From positions 96,001 to 160,000 of IMG/VR virus record IMGVR_UViG_3300033463_000010: 64,000 nucleotides of DNA; one strand, written 5' to 3'. Shown in pieces: positions 34,604 through 42,864 of the stretch. The first letter of the stretch is position 1. Every line of letters begins with the position of its first letter. Made by a program: the position numbers and the translations under genes. The notes under the pieces are model-generated. The model was given only the letters and a program-made list of their open reading frames with translations, searched no databases and was not told where the DNA came from. Source of the DNA: a virus. Its lineage: Duplodnaviria > Caudoviricetes.

Positions 34604-35967
34604 TTCTTTGCTCCTAAAATAAGATTGATAACCTGTTCCAAACGCATAACGTCCTGGTCCGTGAGTTTGTCCCACGGGACTGCGGGTTCCACTTGAACAA
34701 TCTTGTCGCCCTGCTTCTCAATGGACGTGTATGCTGCAAAGTCCGAAGCAATACGAACGTCCTGGAAATAAATTGAACTGATAATGAAATCCTGGACCTT
34801 GAAAGTTCCCGCAGGGAATTTCGCAGTAAGGTATCGGTAGAACTTCAACAGGTTCCAACGGGGAATGCCCATATAGTCAATGTTGGCGTTATGCCATTCC
34901 GTATCGCCACGCAAGCGGACCTTATACTGCCCGATTTCCAACGGGTGCAAGGGTTCGTTTTCCTTGTCAAGACTGTAATCAAACGAGTGCATAACAGTGT
35001 TGAAGTTGTTAGTGTCAAGCAATTCGCCCTTGCCGTCCGCAAGCCACATAGCGACTTCCCAATGCGTAGGGACATCGGATTGCGGGAGCGTGAACGGTGC
35101 TTTCGGGTGCGGACCGTGGTGCATTTTTTCAGTGCTGTTAGCGATAAAGTCTTGCGTTCTTTTGGCTGACATTCGTTCTAATTCCTTTTCTGTGAATAAT
35201 CCCTTTATATGGTTTGCAGCGTCGTCAATTTGTTTGGGCGTAATGCCCCGCCACGGACAATACGTCCCCTTTGCGAGCAGCACCAGGTTTTCGTCTGCTG
35301 CGACTAACCCCTTGTGACTTTCGCACATAACAAGAATGCGGTCGTGGACCTGGTTGCCATAGTCGGGGACGGTTGTTTCCGTTTTGTCACGGACAATGTA
35401 TTCGTCCCCTAAAATGGAAACCAACCTCGCATAATACTTGTCAAGATTCCAGGTGTTAGCGTTGGCGGTGTCAAGCCAACGCATAGCACACCTAACAGCG
35501 TAATAAACGTCCCTGTCAATAACACGTTCCCAGTGAATGTAGTTGTCCCCGTATTCGTTACGCAAGCACAAGATATGCTCCGTAGCCAGGATTATGCAGT
35601 TTTGCCCGCTTGTCAGTTTTTCGTTAGACCGCTTGTCAGCACAGATAACCAGGAGGGTCGTGGGAAGTTCTTCAATGCTTTCAGCCTTGATAGCGGTTTT
35701 TACATAGTCCTTAAACTTCTTAAAATTCCACGGGGGTTCCGCTAATCCGTTGGCAACTGCGATAACGTCGTGCCCGAACATTTCCTTTGAAATGTTGGGC
35801 GTAAAGGCGATACCTTCGGGAACGTCGCTGCCGTGAATGCAGCGGAGCGAATGGGTCTGCGGAATGCTCGCATAGATTTTTCCGTAAGTGGCTTTGTCGT
35901 TGCACTCAACGTAGAAATCGTCTTCGTCCGTTTGGATAATGCAGTATTTGTAATTGTAAGTAGGCAC
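34600..35967 (-). CDS. large multidomain hypothetical protein
   Basis: 455-aa ORF. Confidence 0.8.
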   Translation of the reverse strand: MPTYNYKYCIIQTDEDDFYVECNDKATYGKIYASIPQTHSLRCIHGSDVPEGIAFTPNISKEMFGHDVIAVANGLAEPPWNFKKFKDYVKTAIKAESIEELPTTLLVICADKRSNEKLTSGQNCIILATEHILCLRNEYGDNYIHWERVIDRDVYYAVRCAMRWLDTANANTWNLDKYYARLVSILGDEYIVRDKTETTVPDYGNQVHDRILVMCESHKGLVAADENLVLLAKGTYCPWRGITPKQIDDAANHIKGLFTEKELERMSAKRTQDFIANSTEKMHHGPHPKAPFTLPQSDVPTHWEVAMWLADGKGELLDTNNFNTVMHSFDYSLDKENEPLHPLEIGQYKVRLRGDTEWHNANIDYMGIPRWNLLKFYRYLTAKFPAGTFKVQDFIISSIYFQDVRIASDFAAYTSIEKQGDKIVQVEPAVPWDKLTDQDVMRLEQVINLILGAKK

Positions 35968-36149
35968 GGTTTACCCCCCGCAGACCGTTGTGGCGTTAGT
36001 TCTTACGCAGAGTTCGCCTGGGTTGTTCGGGTTCGGCATAAGCATAGGTGCAGAAAATTTAGGTTCCTGTTGAGTTTCAGCGGGCATACCCTTGTCGCTG
36101 AATCCGTGATTAAAGAAACAGAAATGCTGCGGAAAAGTTTCGTTCATAA

Positions 36150-36446
36150 TTACCCCTTGTTGTTGTTTTCCTGGATTTTCTTAATGTAGTCCTGGTAGCT
36201 GTCAAGGATTTTCTTTTCAATACTGCTCTTGACACGCTTGTTATTGATATTGACGATTTCGGGTTCCCACTTGCCTCTAGGATAACCCACGGCAATCTTG
36301 CCGTCGTCAACGTCCAAAATTCGGAAATCCTTTAAGGTAAGGACCCCGTTAAACGTGACGATTACATTGACAAGCGTGTTGTTAATATGCCAATCGGGTT
36401 CAAACCTAATGTTGGTGATTTTGAGTGCGGGATTTCTTTTAGCCAT
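36150..36446 (-). CDS. SpoVG-like nucleic-acid-binding protein
   Basis: KITNIRF...VTFNGVLTLKDFRI...G.IAVGYP...I...IEKKILDSY matches the SpoVG pattern. Confidence 0.65.
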   Translation of the reverse strand: MAKRNPALKITNIRFEPDWHINNTLVNVIVTFNGVLTLKDFRILDVDDGKIAVGYPRGKWEPEIVNINNKRVKSSIEKKILDSYQDYIKKIQENNNKG

Positions 36447-36485
36447 TGGACTATCCTCGGTTAAAGTGGTTGGTTGTCTAGTCCA

Positions 36486-36514
36486 AATATAACAAATTAC
36501 CTGTCGGCTGTCAA
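36486..36514 (-). promoter_or_regulatory. promoter with perfect 12-bp inverted repeat caaattacctgt/acaggtaatttg around -35
   Basis: direct match. Confidence 0.9.
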
Positions 36515-36812
36515 CAGGTAATTTGATAATTTTTATTATTTTTGTTCCTGGATAATTTTTGAAATTTCCGAAAGGCTTCTAGGTTTCGGGAGTTCGCAAA
36601 TCTGCTGCACCGTCTTCGGGGACAACGCCTTTACGAAGCCCTTGATATGGAACGTGAAGTCGGGGGACATATAGATTGTGCCTTCTTTTGTGTTTCCACG
36701 AACTACGGACAGCCCTAGAATGCCGTTACTGTCAGTGACGTAATCAAAGGCGTGTTCGTCAACGTCTAGTTCGTGGATTACTGTGTCGTGGCTCTTGATT
36801 TGCAGGAACATA

Positions 36813-37286
36813 CTAAAAATCCCCCTCGGCAACTTGCAGGCACTTGAAGCCCAATTCCCTCCATTTATTAACCATAGAATTTCTGTCTTCCAGGATAAAC
36901 GCCACCTTGTAATCGGGGTTGCGTTGCAGATATTCGTTAAGCAGTTCGGGCTTAACTTCGGTGTCGTGACGCTTGTCACCGTCGTCACGGTAAAGGATAG
37001 GCAGACCCATAACACCGCCACGGTTATAGCGGAAATTCGGCATATTGTCACGGAGCCATTGACGGGTAGCGTCATTGGTGCTTCTGCGACGACCCGTGCA
37101 GAAAACGATACCGTAAGAGTCCGAGAGTGCTTCTACAAGCCTTACCATTTCGGTAATGGGCTTGTCCTGCCCGCAGGCTGCGTAGAAGCCGTCCCAATCT
37201 TTCGGCTCTTTGGAAAGATACTTCGCTGCACGTTCCGAAGCGTCGGTAATCGTGCCGTCAATGTCAACTACTACAATACTTCTCAT
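36813..37286 (-). CDS. HAD-family 3'-phosphatase (T4 PseT/Pnkp phosphatase-domain-like)
   Basis: VVDIDGT, TGR, R..D...K, EDR...V..WR.LG..CLQVAEGDF. Confidence 0.85.
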   Translation of the reverse strand: MRSIVVVDIDGTITDASERAAKYLSKEPKDWDGFYAACGQDKPITEMVRLVEALSDSYGIVFCTGRRRSTNDATRQWLRDNMPNFRYNRGGVMGLPILYRDDGDKRHDTEVKPELLNEYLQRNPDYKVAFILEDRNSMVNKWRELGFKCLQVAEGDF

Positions 37287-38857
37287 AGTTATTCCTTTTT
37301 GGATTGGTTGGTTAATTGTTCCATAGCTTCTTCAAGGGACAGGAACGGTCCGAACTCAAGGTTCAAATCCTTGCAGTGCTGCTCCGTTGCGTCGTGGAGC
37401 GACTTTACCAAGTTGTTGCATTGGTCCCTGTTGTGAGCCTGCACAATGAACCTGTCAACGCATATAGACGATACGACGCTGATTTTTGGAGCCAGGGCGT
37501 TCTTTATGAACGTCCACATCCATTTGAGCAGCGGACGGTTCGCAGCCATAACCATAAAGGTCAATTCGGATTCGTCCGTAATAATGTTGAAGCCCCGCAT
37601 ACTAGCCCCGCTTCCAATAGTTTTTCTTGAATTTGGAAAGTTGGGCTTTGGCGTTCTTGTGGGCGACGGCTGCTTCCTTGTCCAAACCCTGCAAAGCAAG
37701 TTCAAAGGCTTCACGGGTGGTTTCATACAGGTTGCAGGTGCCTTCAAGCCAAACAAGTTCCTGGTTGAACTTGATACGGTAATTTCGTATGCAGTAGTGT
37801 TCGGGGTTGCGACGGTGCAACTTTATAAGGATTTTTACCACACGGTCGTGAAAGACGGTCACGGCTTCTTCTACTTCTGCGTAGCGGTCAAGGGTAAGAA
37901 TGGGTTTAATCATAGGTCAAGTTCCTTTACTTGTTTACCCGCTTGTGCGGGTGGTGTTTTGGTGCGGACAGGTGCTTGTGGGTGCGTTCCATATCTTCAA
38001 CGAAAGCCCGTGCCCGCTGCGGAGTAGCAGCCGTAGTGTCTTCCAGGTCAATATGGCTCAATCGCATTTCCAGGCGGTTGTAGAAGCGTCTTTCACTCTT
38101 TGTGTGCGACATTACCCTTCCCCTTGAAAACGTCCCCAAAGGGGCACTTCTGTGGCTTGCCGATAAGCAGTCGTAGGTCCTGCTTCCACGAATCGTCAAT
38201 ATCGGGGTTCCTGGCACCCGCCAGGGACGGGGGGACCTGCATATCCACCGACGCAGTGTATCTAGCCCGTTCGTAGGTTATATATTCGTCCGTGGCTGCA
38301 AACAGTTCGTTCGCTTTCGTGAGCAGGTCCTTTTCATTAAAGAACGTCGCTATGAAAGAAGTCCCGCAGACCCCCGAAATAGACTGACAGCCGAACGGGT
38401 GGTCGTCCATATACTTACGCATCCAGGCGAGCGTTACAGAGTTCCTGCATACGGCATTGAAAGACAGGTGCGGTGTGTCCAGGATAACTGCAAATTCAAC
38501 GGGGTCTTCCCCCATAGTTGCGTAATGCGTGACTACCGCAGCCAACGTCAATTCTTCGGGCGAAAGCGAACCCTTGCAGGCGTTGTTAATCTTGTCTTTG
38601 ATTTCCTGCGGTAAATTCGGAGTGCGTTCGGGCATACAACCTCACTTCGGGCTTATAGGTCTTTTTAAGGACCTGGTTCTTTGCGTATTCCTTGTCAAAA
38701 TCAATAATTGCGGTTTCCGCTTCGGACGTGACATAAACACGTCCGTCGGGCAGACGGAAATAGTAAGGCTTCGGACGCATTACCAAATCCCGTAATGCCC
38801 CTGGGGGCAGCATTTCCAGGAAATGTCGGCAGATAGGGCAACCCATACGGAACCCCC

Positions 38858-39229
38858 TTACTGCCAATCTTCACAGTAACGCTTGCGGAGCGTTCCCAGG
38901 GTTTCTTTAAGGGGCTTCACGGAAATGTCACGTTCGGCACGAAGACCGAACTGCCCACGGGCTGCGAAAACGTCCTTGAGCGAAATGGAGCCTAGTTCAA
39001 GACCGTAGCCCAGGGTAGCTGCCCCGAATACGGTCATATCTTCGGAGGGCTGCGTCTTTGCGTCGTCGGCAAAGAAGCTGTCGTCTTCAAGAACATACCA
39101 GGTGCAGGCTGTTCCAGGGAGGAAGTATCGGGCAATAACCCTCTTTTCGTCCCTGGGGGTGCCGTCCGTGGAAGCATACGGAGTCTTCTTGAGAGCAGCA
39201 ATAATCGGATTGGTAAGCATTTTTTGCAT
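38858..39229 (-). CDS. DUF2958-like protein
   Basis: YFLP...TWYVLE...FG......ELGSISL...ERD. Confidence 0.7.
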   Translation of the reverse strand: MQKMLTNPIIAALKKTPYASTDGTPRDEKRVIARYFLPGTACTWYVLEDDSFFADDAKTQPSEDMTVFGAATLGYGLELGSISLKDVFAARGQFGLRAERDISVKPLKETLGTLRKRYCEDWQ

Positions 39230-39265
39230 AGGATTTATCCTCGGTTTGTGGTTTCTTATGCCATA

Positions 39266-39294
39266 AATATAACTAATTACCCAACACCTGTCAA
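39266..39294 (-). promoter_or_regulatory. promoter (regulon member)
   Basis: tacct-aTTGACA..gggta-attagt-TATATT. Confidence 0.9.
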
Positions 39295-41296
39295 TAGGTA
39301 ATTACAAATTTTTATTAAAAGTTGAAACCGTATTTCGCAGCGTCTTCAAGGTATCGGTTCCAACCGTCTGTGAAACGCCAATTACGGTGCTGTTCCTTTG
39401 CCAACTGTGCGAAGTAGCAACTAGCCCAGGATATTTTCAGCCCTAGCGATTCGGCTACGTTTCTCAAGCGGATTTCCCACCAAACGTGGGTGCTGAATGT
39501 CTTGTCAAACCAGGTCTTCATACAATGCCCTTTGGGTTCATAACCCCGATATAGTCAATAATGATAGGTTCGTCGCCTGTAGGAACATACGCAGGACCCC
39601 CACAATCGGGTCTAGTCGGTTGCGTAGCCGTATAGCACTTTATGTTCCGTCCCTTTACAATCTTTCGCAGGGCTTCCCAGGTTTCGTTCAATTTCTTGCG
39701 TGTCATAGCAGCTCCCTAAAAATTCGTTTCGTCAACGGTCCCGAAACAATTAGCCATTCGTAAGCACTTCTTTTTGGCTATAATCATTCGGCTAATGAAA
39801 TGAGAAAGGCTTACCCGTGAATTTGGGTGCTTCTCAAAATACGTGGAATAGTCAAAATACTTGCAGGTCTTCGCACGGGAAACCCATAGGGCAAACACAA
39901 TCTTTTCAACGTCCTTTATTCCGCAGACGTGCGTCTTGCCCATAAATTCGTCCGAACGGTAAGTAGGTATAGGCAGCTTCATTAGAGAACCCCCTTGTCT
40001 TTGAGTTTGTCTTCGGTATTTCGGGCATTCCAATAGTTCGCAAGAGAGAGCAGAATGACTAATACCCCGAACGCTCCCGAAAGCATAGCTTCGCTGCGTT
40101 CGCCTTCCAGGATATGCCCCAATTCCTGCAAGAAATAGATACCGCCCCATATGATTGCCCACGCAACCCAAAACCGCTTTCTAAACTGAAAAAAGCTGTG
40201 TGCCTTGCTGCGGACCGCCACTTCGGGCGTAGCGTCAAGAATGTCGTTAATGCGGGCAGACATTTCTTCCTGGTTTTCAACAGTGAACACGAAACGCTTA
40301 CGCTTTATGGCTGTAATTTCCTTGACATTCTTTTCCTGCATTAACTTGTGGAACTGCTCCGTGATATACTTGCGGTTGCTAGATACCTCGCAGCTATTCG
40401 TGTCTTCATAGACTTTCGTAAAGATTTTAATTCCCATTGTAGCCCCTTTTAGATTTGGCAAGCGTTTACGATTTCCTTGACAATCGCTTCTTTGAGTTTG
40501 TCAGTCCCCCATACGGACTTCACGTTGAAAATGGCATCGTGGATTTGGGTCCTAGCCTTTTCCACAGCGTCGGCTTCGGACTGCACGTAAATGTAGAGAA
40601 ATTCTTCGCCAATCATACCCAACCCAGGCGTGAGCGTTACAAGGTATTCGGAACCGCTCAACCACGAACCGTGATAAATCCCACAGGGCGTTCCGTGGTG
40701 CTTTACCAGGTAGCTTGCGTTTAGCATTTGAGCGTTGCTAAAGCAGTCCAGGTGTCGGAAATGCTTACGGATAATATGCACCAGGAACTTGTAGAATGCT
40801 TCCAAGTGTCCGTTATAGAACGTAAGGAAAAACTTGTCCTTACTCACTTCCCTGTATTTGAAAAGTTTTGCGTAGGTGGCGATTTCTTCGTCGTTCAAGA
40901 TTATTTCTTCCATACCTATGCCTCCCATTCTTCGGCACAGTCGTCGTAGGTGTATTCTTTTTCAACCATACACAGGCGGTTGTCTTCCTTTGGTTTAAGG
41001 CTGTTCATAATCATTTGTGCTGCAACATCCGTGGAAGACTTTTTAGCGGGATGCTCTTGCGAAACTAATTCAGCACGAACAGAGCAATAGTCGTCCCCCA
41101 TACAAACGTCTAGGAACATTTCACAGTCAGTCTTTTCCCAACAGACAAAGTTGGGGAACGCATCAGCTACAACTTCCTGGAACGTCTTGTTCGTCACGAA
41201 CGTATCTGTGTAGTCTTGCTCAACTACGTGGTTCCTTTCTACCGTGAAATGAATCTGCATTCTTATATCCTCGGTTACGGTGGTTGTTCTACCGTA

Positions 41297-41325
41297 AATA
41301 TAATAAATTACCTAATTACCGTCAA
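41297..41325 (-). promoter_or_regulatory. promoter TTGACG-N17-TATATT (regulon member)
   Basis: aaattaccta/taggtaattt inverted repeat; drives 40916..41260. Confidence 0.85.
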
Positions 41326-41462
41326 TAGGTAATTTTAAAATTTTTTTGAAATAATTTTTCAAACCTACTTTACAGACTTGCAGGGTATTTCCGATAATCT
41401 GTATGTGTGGGGGCAATCCCGACCGCCCACAAGAGTCGGGGTCACTTTTAAAGGATTTTTAT

Positions 41463-41579
41463 ATGAAAAAGAACATTGATGCACTTGCAGCCGAATACGT
41501 CCTCCGCTTGATTTTCAAGGGCGAAAGAAACGCAGAACAGTTTAGAAAGAAAACCCAGGCTATGCGAGTGCGGGAGTAG
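41463..41579 (+). CDS. possible 38-aa antisense-orientation protein
   Basis: aagga RBS; MKKNIDALAAEYVLRLIFKGERNAEQFRKKTQAMRVRE*. Confidence 0.4.
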   Translation: MKKNIDALAAEYVLRLIFKGERNAEQFRKKTQAMRVRE

Positions 41580-41935
41580 GTTCGTCCTGCGGGAGCGTCG
41601 GAGTTTCAGCAGGAACCGTCGTCGCTTCCGTGTTTTCCTGGCTGTGCTTCTTCTTATAGAGCCAGGTGCTATACGACATACCGTGAATGCGTTTGAACTT
41701 GTCAAGCCATTTGCGTTGCCGTGTAACGGGCTTTTCTGTGGGAGGGTTAAGGACTATGCCATACCTGGCTAGGTCCTTTTCTGCGTGTTCAGCTATCCGC
41801 TGTTGGAGTAGCTTGTAGAAATTTACGGGTTCGTCTGCCATATCGTGTTATCCTTGTCGGGAGTTTATAATAAATATATAACAATTTACTATAATCTGCC
41901 AACAGGTAATCCACAGAATGCTGTCAAAAATGTAG

Positions 41936-42022
41936 CGGAGCGGGCAGGATTCGGACCTGCGGTGAGCAAAACCCACGGCTCTTTAGCAAAGAACTGCCAT
42001 AGACCAGCTAGGCGACCACTCC
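41936..42022 (-). tRNA. tRNA-Ser(GCT)
   Basis: cloverleaf, long variable arm, anticodon loop TT-GCT-AA, G73; T-loop TCCGAAT; no encoded CCA. Confidence 0.9.
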
Positions 42023-42033
42023 AAAAATGTTAG

Positions 42034-42116
42034 TGCCGATTGCAGGATTCGGACCTACGAAGACTTGCGTCGGGTGATTTACAGTCACCTGCCTTTGACC
42101 GCTAGGCTAAATCGGC
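42034..42116 (-). tRNA. tRNA-Tyr(GTA)
   Basis: ggtga-CTGTAAA-tcacc, long variable arm; T-loop TCCGAAT. Confidence 0.92.
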
Positions 42117-42124
42117 ATTGTTAG

Positions 42125-42198
42125 CTCTACCGCCACGATTCGGACGTGGACTCTCAACGCTTAACAGGCGTGGGTTTTACCAATTAAACTACGGCAGA
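42125..42198 (-). tRNA. tRNA-Asn(GTT)
   Basis: acgc-CTGTTAA-gcgt, G73; T-loop TCCGAAT. Confidence 0.9.
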
Positions 42199-42205
42199 AT
42201 AATTC

Positions 42206-42279
42206 GGGGAAAGTGTGGGAGTCGGACCCACCTCACACATACCGTGATATGTGCAGTTCACCACGACGCTAAAGTTCCC
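42206..42279 (-). tRNA. aberrant tRNA-like element, undetermined anticodon
   Basis: T arm gtggg-TCCGACT-cccac; even-sized anticodon loop (cacat-ATCACGGT-atgtg); mismatched acceptor stem. Confidence 0.55.
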
Positions 42280-42292
42280 AAAAATGTTTTCG

Positions 42293-42401
42293 TGGACACC
42301 CTCCGATTTGAACGGAGCGTTCCGTAATACTTTCGCAGCGTCCTATCCTTTCTTTTGGCGTTTTGCGATACCTTACGGCAGGTCCCGTAGCCACGGTGCC
42401 C
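42293..42401 (-). ncRNA. 109-nt tRNA-like RNA with G3:U70 acceptor and a long irregular helix in place of the anticodon arm
   Basis: GGGCACC/GGTGTCC-A acceptor, T arm ctccg-TTCAAAT-cggag, helix CCGTAA/TTACGG plus TCGCA/TGCGA. Confidence 0.7.
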
Positions 42402-42412
42402 AAAATGTTTCG

Positions 42413-42485
42413 TGGAGCGTATCGGACTTGAACCGATGACCTCCCGCTTGCAGGGCGGGCGTTCTACCAACTGAACTAACGTCCC
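42413..42485 (-). tRNA. tRNA-Ala(TGC)
   Basis: cccgc-CCTGCAA-gcggg, G3:U70, T-loop TTCAAGT. Confidence 0.92.
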
Positions 42486-42489
42486 ATAG

Positions 42490-42562
42490 TAGTTCCATAG
42501 GGATTCGGACCCTAGTCGCTAGGTTGAAAACCTAGTGTCCTAGACCACTAGACGATGGAACC
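42490..42562 (-). tRNA. tRNA-Glu(TTC)
   Basis: ctagg-TTTTCAA-cctag; T-loop TCCGAAT. Confidence 0.9.
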
Positions 42563-42574
42563 ATAATTTGTTCG

Positions 42575-42649
42575 TGCGACGGGGTGGATTTGAACCACCG
42601 ACACGAGGATTTTCAGTCCCCTGCTCTACCAGGCTGAAGCTACCGCCAC
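42575..42649 (-). tRNA. tRNA-Phe(GAA)
   Basis: gga-CTGAAAA-tcc; T-loop TTCAAAT. Confidence 0.93.
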
Positions 42650-42658
42650 ATAAAGGCT

Positions 42659-42692
42659 AAACAAAAAACCACGTTGCTTGTCGCAGCGTGGC
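42659..42692 (-). terminator. intrinsic terminator (attenuator) between leader peptide and first tRNA
   Basis: gCCACGCTGC-gacaa-GCAACGTGG-TTTTTTGTTT. Confidence 0.85.
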
Positions 42693-42725
42693 TTCCTGTT
42701 TAACCCTTGAAAAACACTTGGAATA

Positions 42726-42812
42726 TCACCACGACTGCGAATACGCAAAATAGGCTTCGGCAAAACTAGCCTCGGCTTCAAAATAAAAGTTATTTGCGTA
42801 ATTCTTGTTCAT
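42726..42812 (-). CDS. tRNA-operon leader peptide MNKNYANNFYFEAEASFAEAYFAYSQSW
   Basis: translated by hand (below ORF-track cut-off); AGGA RBS 8 nt upstream; composition matches downstream tRNAs. Confidence 0.85.
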   Translation of the reverse strand: MNKNYANNFYFEAEASFAEAYFAYSQSW

Positions 42813-42835
42813 AGTGATTTTCCTATACGTCGCCT

Positions 42836-42864
42836 AATATAGATTATTCGGGAACCCGTGTCAA
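42836..42864 (-). promoter_or_regulatory. tRNA-operon promoter TTGACA-N17-TATATT (lacks the AGGTA box and inverted repeat)
   Basis: direct match. Confidence 0.85.

Noticed and set aside
42293-42401. Full tmRNA (ssrA) or intron-containing tRNA
   Set aside because: Too short for a tag reading frame and pseudoknots; no group I core or recoverable 7-nt anticodon loop.
41845-42470. ORFs 41845-42033, 42118-42327, 42251-42439 and 42258-42470
   Set aside because: They overlap tRNA genes and are spurious translations.
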